Shown in pieces: positions 26,101-39,248 of a stretch of DNA of 64,000 bases. Positions within the stretch are counted from its first letter, which is position 1. Each line of letters begins with the position of its first letter. Source of the DNA: Eledone cirrhosa (taxonomy: Eukaryota); contig OZ024752.1 in assembly GCA_964016885.1 (NCBI GenBank), positions 18,414,001-18,478,000 on the forward strand, read 5' to 3'. A program made the position numbers and the translations under genes. The notes under the pieces are model-generated. The model had not been told where the DNA came from. It saw only the letters and a program-made list of their open reading frames with translations, and ran no database searches.

Positions 26101-29100
26101 TATCAACACACGAACTGTGGAACTAGTACCAACTACGACTATCAACACACCAACTGTGGAACTAGTACCAACTACGACTATCAACACACAATCTGTGGAA
26201 CTAGTACCAACTTTGAATATCAACACACCAACTGTGGAACTAGTACCAACTTTGAATATCAACACACCTACTGTGGCACTAGTATCAACTCCGACTAACA
26301 ACACACCAACTGTGGAACTAGTACCAACTTTGACTATCAACACACCATCTGTGGAACTAGTACCAACTACGACTATCAACACACCAACTGTGGAACTAGT
26401 ACCAACTTTGACTATCAACACACGGACTGTGGAACTAGTACGGACTTTGACTATCAACACACCAACTGTGGAACTAGTACCAACTTTGACTATCAACACA
26501 CCAACTGTGGAAATAGTACCAACTTTGACTATCAATACACTAACTGTGGAACTAGTATCAACTCCGACTATCAACACACCAACTGTGCAACTAGTACCAA
26601 CTACGACTATCAACACACCAACTGTGGAAATAGTACCAACTTTGACTATCAACACACGAACAGTGGCACTAGTATCAACTCCGTCTATCAACACACCAAC
26701 TGGGAAACTAGTACCAACTTTGACTATCAACACACCAACTGTGGAACTAGTACCAACTTTGACTATGAACACACCAACTGTGGAACTAGTACCAACTTTC
26801 ACTATCAACACACCAACTGTGGAACTAGTACCAACTTTGACTATCAACACACCAACTGTGGAACTAGTACCAACTCCGACTATCAACACACGAACAGTGG
26901 CACTAATACCAACTTTGACTATCAACACACCAACTGTGGAACTTGTACCCACTTTGACTATCAACACACCAACTGAGGAACTAGTACCAACTATGACTAT
27001 CAACACACCAACTGTGGAACTAGTACCAACTCCGACTATCAACACACGAACAGTGGCACTAATACCAACTTTCACTATCAACACACCAACTGTGGAACTA
27101 CTACCAACTTTGACTATCAACACACCAACTGTGGAACTAGTACCAACTTTGACTATCGACACACTGTGGAACTAGTACCATCTTTGACTATCAACACGCG
27201 GACTGTGGAATTAGTACCAACTTTGACTATCAACACACGAACAGTGGCACTAGTACCAACTTTGACTATCAAGACAAGGACTGTGGAACTAGTACCAACT
27301 TTGACTATCAACACACCAACTATGGAACTAGTACCAACTTTGACTATCAACACACCAACTGTGGAACTAGTACCAACTTTGACTATCGACACACGAACTG
27401 TGGAACTAGTACCAACTTTGTCTATCGACACACGAACTGTGGAACTAGTATCAACTTTGACTATCAACACACGAACTGTGGAACTAGTACCAACTTTGAC
27501 TATCAACACACGAACAGTGGCACTAGTATCAACTCCGACTATCAACATACCAACTGTGGAACTAGTACCAACTTTGACTATCAACACACCAACTGTGGAA
27601 CTAGTACCAACTCCGACTATCAACACACGAACAGTGGCACTAATACCAACTTTGACTATCAACACACCAACTGTGGAACTTGTACCCACTTTGACTATCA
27701 ACACACCAACTGTGGAACTAGTACCAACTTTGACTATCGACACACTGTGGAACTAGTACCATCTTTGACTATCAACACGCGGACTGTGGAATTAGTACCA
27801 ACTTTGACTATCAACACACGAACAGTGGCACTAGTACCAACTTTGACTATCAAGACAAGGACTGTGGAACTACTACCAACTTTGACTATCAACACACCAA
27901 CTATGGAACTAGTACCAACTTTGACTATCAACACACCAACTGTGGAACTAGTACCAACTTTGACTATCGACACACCAACTGTGCAACTAGTACCAACTAC
28001 GACTATCAACACACCAACTGTGGAAATAGTACCAACTTTGACTATCAACACACGAACAGTGGCACTAGTATCAACTCCGTCTATCAACACACCAACTGGG
28101 AAACTAGTACCAACTTTGACTATCAACACACCAACTGTGGAACTAGTACCAACTTTGACTATGAACACACCAACTGTGGAACTAGTACCAACTTTCACTA
28201 TCAACACACCAACTGTGGAACTAGTACCAACTTTGACTATCAACACACCAACTGTGGAACTAGTACCAACTCCGACTATCAACACACGAACAGTGGCACT
28301 AATACCAACTTTGACTATCAACACACCAACTGTGGAACTTGTACCCACTTTGACTATCAACACACCAACTGAGGAACTAGTACCAACTATGACTATCAAC
28401 ACACCAACTGTGGAACTAGTACCAACTCCGACTATCAACACACGAACAGTGGCACTAATACCAACTTTCACTATCAACACACCAACTGTGGAACTACTAC
28501 CAACTTTGACTATCAACACACCAACTGTGGAACTAGTACCAACTTTGACTATCGACACACTGTGGAACTAGTACCATCTTTGACTATCAACACGCGGACT
28601 GTGGAATTAGTACCAACTTTGACTATCAACACACGAACAGTGGCACTAGTACCAACTTTGACTATCAAGACAAGGACTGTGGAACTAGTACCAACTTTGA
28701 CTATCAACACACGGACTGTGGAACTAGTACGGACTTTGACTATCAACACACCAACTGTGGAACTAGTACCAACTTTGACTATCAACACACGAACTGTGGA
28801 ACTAGTACCAACTACGACTATCAACACACCAACAGTGGAACTAGTATCAACTTTGACTATCAACACACGAACTGTGGAACTAGTACCAACTTTGACTATC
28901 AACACACGAACAGTGGCACTAGTATCAACTCCGACTATCAACATACCAACTGTGGAACTAGTACCAACTTTGACTATCAACACACCAACTGTGGAACTAG
29001 TACCAACTCCGACTATCAACACACGAACAGTGGCACTAATACCAACTTTGACTATCAACACACCAACTGTGGAACTTGTACCCACTTTGACTATCAACAC

Positions 29101-30704
29101 ACCAACTGTGGAACTAGTACCAACTTTGACTATCGACACACTGTGGAACTAGTACCATCTTTGACTATCAACACGCGGACTGTGGAATTAGTACCAACTT
29201 TGACTATCAACACACGAACAGTGGCACTAGTACCAACTTTGACTATCAAGACAAGGACTGTGGAACTACTACCAACTTTGACTATCAACACACCAACTAT
29301 GGAACTAGTACCAACTTTGACTATCAACACACCAACTGTGGAACTAGTACCAACTTTGACTATCGACACACGAACTGTGGAACTAGTACCAACTTTGTCT
29401 ATCGACACACGAACTGTGGAACTAGTACCAACTTTGACTATCGACACACGAACTGTGGAACTAGTACCAACTTTGACTATCAACACACGGACTGTGGAAC
29501 TAGTACTAAATTTGACTATCAACACACCAACTGTGGAACTAGTACCAACTTTGACTATCAACACACGAACTGTGGAACTAGTACCAACTTTGACTATCAA
29601 CACATCAACTGTGGAACCAGTACCAACTTTGAATATCAACACACCAACTGTGGAACTAGTATCAACATTGACTATCAACACACCAACTGTGGAACTAGTA
29701 CCAACTTTGAATATCAACACACCAACTGTGGAACTAGTACCAACTTTGAATATCAACACACCACCTGTGGAACTAGTACCAACTTTGAATATCAACACAC
29801 CAACTGTGGCACTAGTATCAACTCCGACTAACAACACACCAACTGTGGAACTAGTACCAACTACGACTATCAACACACCAACTGTGGAACTAGTACCAAC
29901 TTTGACTATCAACACACGGACTGTGGAACTAGTACGGACTTTGACTATCAACACACCAACTGTGGAACTAGTACCAACTTTGACTATCAACACACCAACT
30001 ATGGAAATAGTACCAACTTTGACTATCAATACACTAACTGTGGAACTAGTATCAACTCCGACTATCAACACACCAACTGTGGAACTAGTACCAACTACGA
30101 CTATCAACACACCAACTGTGGAAATAGTACCAACTTTGACTATCAACACACGAACAGTGGCACTAGTATCAACTCCGTCTATCAACATACCAACTGGGGA
30201 ACTAGTACCAACTTTGACTATCAACACACCAACTGTGGAACTAGTACCAACTTTGACTATGAACACACCAACTGTGGAACTAGTACCAACTTTCACTATC
30301 AACACACCAACTGTGGAACTAGTACCAACTTTGACTATCAACACACCAACTGTGGAACTAGTACCAACTTTGACTATCAACACACCAACTGTGGAACTAG
30401 TACCAATTTTGACTATCAACACACCAACTGTGGAACTAGTACCAACTTTGACTATCAACACACCAACTGTGGAACTAGTACCAACTTTGAATATCAACAC
30501 ACCAACTGTGGCACTAGTATCAACTCCGACTAACAACACACCAACTGTGGAACTAGTACCAACTTTGACTATCAACACACCAACTGTGGAACTAGTACCA
30601 ACTACGACTATCAACACACCAACTGTGGAACTAGTACCAACTTTGACTATCAACACACCAACTGTGGAACTAGTACCAACTCCGACTATCAATACACCAA
30701 CTGT
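8173..30704. repeat. 39-bp satellite array, roughly 575-580 monomers, consensus AACTGTGGAACTAGTACCAACTTTGACTATCAACACACC
   Basis: Continuous tandem array. Recurrent 35-bp monomers (…ATCGACACACTGTGG…) delimit higher-order blocks. Confidence 0.99.
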
Positions 30705-32555
30705 GTCCTACACGAGTGAAAGTATAAGGAAAAAAAGATGAAATCGAAAATGCAACTGGAGTCTTATTTTAAAAAATATATATATATTTATTTGGTTCCT
30801 TTACCGGTTTCGCAGTTCAGCTTTTCAAAAGTAGAGTTGAGATGGAGGGTCTGTGGTTTTTCTCACATCTGGTTGGTCTCTGAATGTTACTTGTTTTATA
30901 TGGAAAAAGTGGCTCGAAATGCCAGGTTTTTCGAGAAGTAATTTGATTGGTTGGTCAATAATTATAATAAATTTCGCGCCAGTTCGCGTTACAAAGTTCT
31001 TCAAACAAGGGTGGGGGGAGGGGTGTCGCAGGTTGTTTTTTTCATATATGAGTGTTTGAATTTCTTTTTACTTAAAAAGGGGGCCCACGAAAGCTTTTTT
31101 TTAATAAACGTATATTGATTGGTTATAAATGAAATTATGGCTGTCACGTGAACAAGTTTTCATTAAATTTTCGCGCCCTTATTTGGAAATCCATTCTGTA
31201 GACTTTTTAGAGAATTTTATGATAATTAAAAGATAATGGTCAAGAGAAATGGGATGGGAGAATTGTTCTGGTTCAGTGAATATGGTTAGTTCGCTGGGGT
31301 GTCAGAATTCAGATTTTCTATTGAATAAAGAAAGTAAAGATATGTATGTTTATTTGTGTGCTTGTGTGTGTGTGTGTTGTGTGTGTGTATTTGAATTTCT
31401 TTTTACTTAAAAAAAGGGGCTCACGAAGGCTTTTTTTTAATAAACGTAATTTGATTGGTTATAAATGGAATTATGGCTGTCACGTAAACAAATTTTCATT
31501 AAATTTTCACGCCCTTATTTGGAAATCTATTCTGTAGCCTATTTAGAGAATTTTATGACAAGCAAAAGTCAACACACAACCCAAGAAATGCGGAAGCTTA
31601 CAACACTTTTCACAAGAACATCCCACTACTAAAACAAAACCCAAGAATGAAAAAAGCCCTTGAAACACACAAAATAATCAAAAGCAAAAGACAACCGAAA
31701 TCACTGAAAACATTACTCACCAATGCCAAATTACCTACCACAAACCCACAACCAAGTGTCAAAAAACGTGGTCGCTCTAATTGTGGAACCTGCACTCACA
31801 TAACACCCATATACACACACACACAACTCCCTCCCCCATTTCTACTAATAGAATCATCTTCCAATACACACACACACACACACAAGCACACAAATAAACA
31901 TACATATCTTTACTTTCTTTATTCAATAGAAAATCTGAATTCTGACACCCCAGCGAACTAACCATATTCACTGAACCAGAACAATTCTCCCATCCCATTT
32001 CTCTTGACCATTATCTTTTAGTTATCATAAAATTCTCTAAAAAGTCTACAGAATGGATTTCCAAATAAGGGCGCGAAAATTTAATGAAAACTTGTTCACG
32101 TGACAGCCATAATTTCATTTATAACCAATCAAATTACGTTTATTTAAAAAAAAAGCCTTCGTGCGCCCCCTTTTTAAGTAAAAAGAAATTCAAACACTCA
32201 TATATGAAAAAACAACCTGTGACCCCCCCCCCCCCCCCCTCCCCCACCCTTGTTTGAAGAACTTTGTAACGCGAACTGGCGCGAAATTTATTATAATTAT
32301 TGACCAACCAATTAAATTACTTCTCGAAAAACCTGGCATTTCGAGCCACTTTTTCCATATAAAACAAGTAACATTCAGAGACCAACCAGATGTGAGAAAA
32401 ACCACAGACGCTCCATCTCAACTCTACTTTTGAAAAGCTGAACTGCGAAACCGGTAAAGGAACCAAATAAATATATATATATTTTTTAAAATAAGACTCC
32501 AGTTGCATTTTCGATTTCATCTTTTTTTCTTTATACTTTCACTCGTGTAGGACAC
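30703..32555. repeat. Long inverted repeat (arms ~30703-31385 and ~31865-32555) of a Penelope-like element terminus
   Basis: GTGTCCTACACGAGTGAAAGTATAAG at the left end is mirrored by CTTATACTTTCACTCGTGTAGGACAC at the right end; ORFs 30738(+) and 32520(-) translate almost identically. Confidence 0.92.
31557..31805 (+). pseudogene. Penelope-like element ORF fragment (RT C-terminal linker leading into the GIY-YIG zinc knuckle)
   Basis: THNPRN..NIPLLKQNPRMKKAL..IIKSKRQPKSLKTLLTNAKL..SVKKRGRSNCGTCTHI matches the PLE R.P.NL..LL...C....C..C..I pattern. Confidence 0.75.
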
Positions 32556-32591
32556 CTCGGTTACTTTTCATTTTGTAAAAAAAAACTCACT

Positions 32592-32595
<4 letters not shown>

Positions 32596-32653
<58 letters not shown>

Positions 32654-32893
32654 GTGGTAACAAATTATTGTTATAGGTAGTCCACTTAGATGTAGTCCAG
32701 TTAGGGTACTCCGGGTAGTGGATGAATCTCACAAGCTCCGATGAATTTACTGGTTATAACTTTGTATTGGTGATCGAATAACGTGAAAACAAGCGGGTAG
32801 CGATCTCTAGACCTACCAGTTCAGAGAAACAATTGTCAGCAATGCGATTAAAAACCCTTTTTGTATAGCAAACCGTGTCATTCTTCTTTCCTG

Positions 32894-32966
<73 letters not shown>
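32596..32966. repeat. Two (TA)n microsatellites (32596-32652, 32897-32966) flanking an unclassified repeat fragment
   Basis: Directly visible. Confidence 0.9.
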
Positions 32967-32967
<1 letters not shown>

Positions 32968-33358
32968 TGGTACCCATCTGTTGATGGTAGGGCCATTAAC
33001 GGAGTTAGAACTCCGTGCAATCTTGAAGAGATGATTCCAACGAGATCATGCAGTGTGAATTATAGTTTTTGTAGAGGGCTTTCATCTTATAAGGTTCCAT
33101 CAAAGGTTCTAATCGAGCTACAGTCATGTATATATTCAATCGAGGGTTTTTCCATTATTGGAACTCCTCCCTGATTCACCTCCACCGCTTTCTGTTTTGG
33201 TCATATCAAGGGTGTAGCGTACTCACCACGCTTAGCCAGTTGTCATGTCAAGGGTAAGTTCAAATAGTGAGTACACACTGTTTTCATTTCACACGCACCA
33301 TTTCCGTTTGTCACATTGTATCTTTCAGATACAATACAATTATATTATAATCGTGTTC

Positions 33359-33666
33359 TGTGAAGAGCCACCAAATTATTGTACGAATATTTCATGTTAT
33401 AGATTTTATCATTCAATATTCAAATTGAATATTGTTATAATTGTTTCTACTTTTGGCACGAGGCCAGCAATCACCCAGTGCATTACAGGTACTTTATTTT
33501 ATCGACCCCGTAAGGATGAAAGGCAAAGTCAACCTCGGCGGGATTTGAACTCAGATCGTAACGGGTTGTTATAATAAAATAAACTTTGTAACAACACAAT
33601 CCTGGTATTATTCTTTGCATTGAAACCATCATACCAACAATTCCATCTATTCACTTATCCGTTACA
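33359..33666 (+). mobile_element. 5' LTR of a Gypsy-type element (contains an antisense SINE)
   Basis: TGTGAAG...GTTACA followed by AC and the tRNA-Trp PBS TGGTGACCCCGACGTGAT (33669-33686); second copy at 38888-39248. Confidence 0.88.
33442..33565 (-). mobile_element. 5'-truncated SINE with 10-bp TSD
   Basis: TTGTTATAAT at 33432-33441 and 33566-33575; the empty site is seen in the LTR copy at ~38960. Confidence 0.9.
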
Positions 33667-35037
33667 ACTGGTGACCCCGACGTGATTTTAAAAAAAAAAG
33701 AACAACACGTGGTTTAACTTTCATGAACCCGCCTACGACAACATCTTTGGAAGGAAAAAAATTAGCTATATTTTCAAAATTATAGCACGGAAACATTTTT
33801 CTTTCGATACGGCTTCCTGCAATATCAACAAACAAGCAAACACCGAACTCACGTAGTGACTTACGGCTCTTCAACGCTCGACTTCACTTTGATAGCAACA
33901 GCAACAACAATTCTACTAGCTTCCCAAAGAAATTTCAAAGAAAAGAAAAGGCGAACTTTTTGTTAAAAAACAATTCTTTCTTTCTTCTCTTTTTACAGGC
34001 AATGTTTGGACATTTATTTCTTTTAAACTGTATAATATGAAAATTCATTTTTTTTTCTATCATTGTATATATGACTGCACGCACACATTTTCTTTGCTGC
34101 ATTACATGCCTGCATATGCACGCACATTTCTTCGTCACACACCGACATGTTGTTGTCTATGGTATATGATCTCCAAGTGTCGTAATATTATGCGAGATCC
34201 CTTTTCACCTGGTGGAGGTACCAAAACATGCTGTCGACACTTGCAGCTTAACTCACCTGCACCACAACACGAGAATGCTAATTGCAGCTGGATTCAAACA
34301 GTTTCGCATCTCGTTGCACACTAATCGTCCTATAGCATAACAACCTCCATCTTGTTGCTTTACCCGACTCACTGGAAAAACAACAAATGAAACTAGACCT
34401 GGCAGCATTTCCACCATTTCTCCTATGGATTCGCCAGAAATATGGAATTTCCATTTCAACTGCTACCCACCTACAGATTCAACTTGCTCTTTTCTTTTCA
34501 AAGCAACTAGCCATATATTTTCCTGGCTGCCTAGCACTTCCGGCAATTCATCTGGGAGGCCGACATTTTCTCGTCTACCCATCATCTTCTTGCCAGCTCT
34601 GCTATAACATTTACCATAACAGCTCTGGTATAACACTTACCATAACAGCTATACAGCTCTGGTAAAGCATGAATAGCACCATCATTGACAACACCTACTG
34701 GTAAACTACCATAACAGCTTCATCCACAGCTCTGATACAACACTTACCATCAACATTTAATGCAAGAACAGCAACTTTTCCCATGTCAGACTTTATCCGT
34801 TTTCTGTTAGACCCCTGATGGTCACGTATAAATAGCAAAACAGCTAGTTATTTTACACAGCAGCTCAACATGGCCCTTAGCGCCTCATTTTTCTTCTTAC
34901 AGGCATTTTTTTGTTCAATTTTTTTCATTGATGTGCTCTTTCAGCATTTTTCCTGCTGATTCAATTTTATATATCGTCTTGCGACTAGGAAGGGCGTTCA
35001 ACGCCAAGCCTGACCAGGGAGGTCCGACATCTGGACT

Positions 35038-36393
35038 TCATTTCTCAGTATACTACTGATATTCGGTACATTAAGGGTGCCACCAACTCAGCAGCTGATG
35101 CCCTATCGCGCATGGAGCTTAACTCAATCCACACCACTGCCACTATCGATCTCCAGAAGATTGCAGCGGATCAACAGAATGACGAGGAACTTCTGCAGCT
35201 CCGGAAATCATCCTTGAAATTGCAAGAATACTCGCTGCCCTCTTCTTCAGGATATATTTGGTGCGACATCTCCACAGGCCACGAGCGCCCATACGTGCCC
35301 CAGAAACTTCGACGCGACGTTTTTTCGGCACTGCATTCTCTGGCACATCCTGGCATCCGTGCCACGCAGAAACTGATGGTTGCCCGCTTTGTGTGGCCCA
35401 ACATCAACAAGGACACCCGCGTGCCAGAAGGCGAAAATTCACCGGCACATCAAAGCCCCGATCGGTTCTTTCGCAACACCTGATGCACGGTTCCAACATG
35501 TACACATAGACCTCGTTGGATCTTTGCCTCCTTCTCACAACTACACTCATCTTCTCACCTGTGTCGACCGATTTTCTCGCTGGCCAGAAGCTTTTCCCCT
35601 AACGGATATTACTGCGGAAACTGTCGCTAAAACGCTAGTTTTTCACTGGGTTTCGCGTTTCGGCATATCCGTGACCATCACTACGGATAGAGGACATCAG
35701 TTCGATTCGCACCTCTTTACCGAGCTGACTCGTCTCCTCGGGTGTAAACACATCCGTACAACGGCGTATCACCCTGCATCTAACGGCATGGTAGAACGTT
35801 TCCACCGACAGCTAAAAGCAGCCATCAAGGCTTACGGAGACTCCACTAACTGGTTCGAATACCTCCCACTCATTCTTCTCGGTATTCGTTCCACTGTTAA
35901 GGAGGGAGTCGGACATTCTCCGGCTGAAATGTTGTATGGCACCGTACTCGCTCTACCCGGGTAAATGATCGCTCCTGTTTCGCCACAAGAACTTCCAGAT
36001 CCAACAAAATATGTGCACCGTTTACGGTCATCGATGTCGCATCTGTCTCCTTCGGGCTCTAAACACGTTACTTCACACATACCAAAAGACATCGATACAT
36101 GGACGCATGTTTTCGTTAGAAATGACGGTATTCCATCGCAACTTCGTCCGCCGTATTCCGGGCCCTATAAGGTGATACAGAAACGCCCTAAGTATTTCGT
36201 CCTCGACTTGAACGGGAAACGAAATACCGTCTCCATTGACCGTTTAAAAAAAGCGTTCATAGAACAGGAATTGCCACCAGTACCCACCGTTTCTCCAGCA
36301 GACTCACCAACAACTTTGCCCGACACAATCACGACAAATTCTGCACAACCCCGACACACCAAATCTGGGAGAACAGTTCGATGGCCCACGTGA
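35038..36393 (+). pseudogene. Ty3/Gypsy pol remnant: end of RNase H plus integrase (HHCC, DDE core, GPY motif), with a frameshift and a stop
   Basis: FISQYTTDIRYIKGATNSAADALSR; LHSLAHPGIRATQKL; [27 protein letters not shown]; PPYSGPYKV..TVSIDRLK. Frame break at ~35415 and TAA at 35962-35964. Confidence 0.95.
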
Positions 36394-37515
36394 TACGTAC
36401 AAGTTTATCGGGTAAGTACAAATTATGTACCTGGTCGATATTTCGGCTAATTTGTACATTTCAACGAATCGGCCAATTTCTGTGGTCATGAACTATTGCT
36501 ACACACAAATCAATTGACTCTGTACATCATACACATCAAAAGAAGAGACAAAAGAACATTTTTATATTGAACATTTTCAATATTATGTAACATCACAGTA
36601 CATTTTCCTGCATGTAAATTTGTTTTGTTTTGCATGTTTTCTTTCATTTCGCCTGTTTGTAAATGACTTTAATGTATTTTTTTTTTTCTGATTTTCTCCA
36701 ACAACACACCTAGTCATACCTATATTAATTTCACAGACATCTAGATCAAAGGTTCTCAACCCATTTCGGCCAAATCGAAATCACGAAACGCCTCCCTACT
36801 CCATTTTTCAATATACTACTAATTTTGATATCAGTAGATTACTGGGCCAAATCAAGTTATCTTAGAATCTTTAAAAAATACTCGTACGAATTAAATACAA
36901 AAAAGTTTCAGTCCAAAATAAAAGCAAGCTATTTCAAATTATATATTTTTGAAATAAAAAAAAAAGATTTGATCTCAGTCGAAAAAGCTTTTTTTTTTTT
37001 TAATTCTATATTTCACTGTTAGCTGATGTAATATTTTGAGTGGATAGACAATTGAAACTGTAAAGTCAAAATACAAAAGATGCAAAATATGAAGAATTTC
37101 TTACCTTTCTCTGAAATCACAAACTCAGGGAAAAAATAGTACCTTGCAAAATAATATACCTCGTAGCAAAATAAAATACTTAGTAGCAAGAAATGAATTG
37201 AGAAGCTTGGTGACTGAGAAAGCAATATCTGTATCCTTTATATATATACATAGATATCCCTTATATATATACATAGATATATACACACACACATAAACGT
37301 GCACGCACGCACACACACACACATACACACACACAAACGTGTGTGTGTGTGCCTTGGTTTTGGTACAGAAATAATTTTGTCTCCAGTTTTTATTGCCAGG
37401 TCAAAAGCCACTGCTCTTTTCAACAACACCAAATAACAACGCCATATATATATATATATTTCGTTTCTGAATTTGTTTAGCAAGATTCTTTATCTGAAAT
37501 CGTGTGTTGAAACCG

Positions 37516-37843
37516 ATATTGTTATACTTTGGGAGGGTCATGTTGCCAATAAGAAACACACGCACCAGTTGCTTTCACTTCAATTTATTATAATAAATTT
37601 ATAATAAATTTATAAATTTATAAATTTCTGGTTGGTTGGTTGGTTCCACAACCAGATAGCTGTTTATATATTGTCATAGTTCTTTCGTCACACACGAACT
37701 ATGACAATATATAAACAACTATCTGGTTGTGGAACCAACCAACCAACCAGAAATTTATAAATTTATTATAATAAATTGAAGTGAAAGCAACTGGTGCGTG
37801 TGTTTCTTATTGGCAACATGACCCTCCCAAAGTATAACAATAT
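37516..37843. repeat. ~165-bp-arm palindrome next to (TA)n
   Basis: ATATTGTTATACTTTGGGAGGGTCATG... mirrored by ...CATGACCCTCCCAAAGTATAACAATAT; centre ~37688. Confidence 0.9.
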
Positions 37844-37898
37844 ATATATATATGAAAATATAAATATTAATAAAATAGATGTTCTTTTGATCAATTAC

Positions 37899-37950
37899 AT
37901 TTTATTATACATATTCGGATGTACAACAGTACGTCCTCATCAGACAAAAT
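37899..37950 (-). ncRNA. Mirror hammerhead copy with a defective core (GAA instead of GAAA)
   Basis: Reverse complement reads ATTTTGT CTGATGA GGACGTACTGTTGTACATCC GAA TATGTATAATAAAAT. Confidence 0.6.
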
Positions 37951-38057
37951 ATAATGATACATGACATACCCTGAGATGTTAAATGGTTAAGATTTAATCA
38001 ACTCCCTTGATTAAATCTTAACCATTTAACATCTCAGAGTATGTCATGAATCATTAT

Positions 38058-38110
38058 ATTTTGTCTGATGAGGACGTACTGTTGTACATCCGAAATATGT
38101 ATAATAAAAT
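38058..38110 (+). ncRNA. Minimal type I hammerhead ribozyme
   Basis: Stem I ATTTTGT / CTGATGA / stem II GGACGTAC-TGTT-GTACATCC / GAAA / short palindromic TATGTA / TA cleavage site / stem I' ATAAAAT. Confidence 0.8.
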
Positions 38111-38887
38111 GTAATTGATCAAAAGAACATCTATTTCATTAATATTTATATTTTAATATTAATAACTCCGGAAAATTATTTTTCCAGTAGAGTGCTTCCA
38201 ATCTACTGTAAAACTCATTCTTTGACATAATCATTGAATATCGTTTAACACTTTAATATATATATATATATATGTAAGTATTTATACGTACATACATATA
38301 TGTATACAGACGTACAGTAGTATGTATATATATACATACATGCACACATATATATATGTACGTATGGATTCACCGAACATTTATTATAATGCTCGGTGTG
38401 TTTGTAAACAAACATCCCGTATAAAGCCGCAGTGTCTAGCAACCATCGTTGCTCATTTGTTCAACACTGACAAAGGAACACTGTACTAGTTTCAAGCTTA
38501 TTAGCTATCGTCAGCAACGTATACCTTCCTGCCAGATGATTGAAAGTCTGGAAGTATATACTTTCCTTATGCATATTAACGGCTGAGCAGCCTAATTTGC
38601 ATATCGAGTGAGTTAATCGGCCGGGGTACCGAAAACGATAAACGGAAAAAATGAAACGAAATTTCATTTCTCTCTCTTAGTACGGCTGTTACTTAAATAT
38701 AAGTATGTATACGTACATACATATATGTATACAGACGTACAGTAGTATGTATATATATATACATACATGAATCCATACGTACATATATATATATGTGTGC
38801 ATGTATGTATATATATATACATCCTGTATATATATATATACACAGTATGTATATATATATACTGTATATATATATACAGTATGTATA

Positions 38888-39248
38888 TGTGAAGAGCCAC
38901 CAAATTATTCTACGAATATTTCATGTTATAGATTTTATCATCCAATATTCAAATTGAATATTGTTATAATAAAATAAACTTTGTAACAACACAATCCTGG
39001 TATTATTCTTTTTGGCAGTATTGGTAGAGGGTCGGACACCATGCTTTGTAGCATAGAGTTACCTCCCTTTATGATCTGAGTTCAAATCCCGCCGAGGTTA
39101 ACTTTACCTTTCATCCTTACGGGGTCGATAAAATAAAGTACCAGTAATGCACTGGGTAATTTATGGCCTTGTGCCAAAAGTAGAAACAATTATTCTTTGC
39201 ATTGAAACCATCATCCCAACAATTCCATCTATTCACTTATCCGTTACA
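38888..39248 (+). mobile_element. Second copy of the Gypsy LTR (contains a sense SINE)
   Basis: Same TGTGAAGAGCCACC...TTATCCGTTACA sequence as 33359-33666. Confidence 0.88.
39012..39188 (+). mobile_element. Near full-length tRNA-derived SINE with 10-bp TSD
   Basis: TSD ATTATTCTTT at 39002-39011 and 39189-39198; B-box GAGTTCAAATCCC; empty site in the first LTR at ~33607. Confidence 0.92.

Larger units (their letters stand above)
37855..38154. repeat. ~148-bp-arm palindrome of a hammerhead-bearing Penelope-like terminus
   Basis: Arms mirror about the CTCCC loop at 38002-38006; a related non-palindromic copy lies at ~44450-44607. Confidence 0.9.

Noticed and set aside
8186-30741. Long Thr/Val/Pro-rich ORFs as a mucin, adhesin or antifreeze-like gene
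   Set aside because: ORFs occur equally on both strands, mostly start at GTG/TTG, and are broken at every 35-bp monomer; no signal peptide or unique flanking exon was found. A satellite explains them.
32735-32800. Additional hammerhead-like motifs (CCGATGA..GAA here; CTGAAA..GAAAC near 37494)
   Set aside because: Core nucleotides deviate and no convincing stems I/II could be paired.
32754-38977. Short ORFs rich in YI/CV/HT dipeptides
   Set aside because: They are translations of (TA)n, (TG)n and (CA)n microsatellites.
33359-39248. One intact full-length Gypsy provirus
   Set aside because: No TSD, no PPT before the second LTR, protease/RT missing (only a doubtful gag-like trace near 34390-34450), and the integrase is disrupted.
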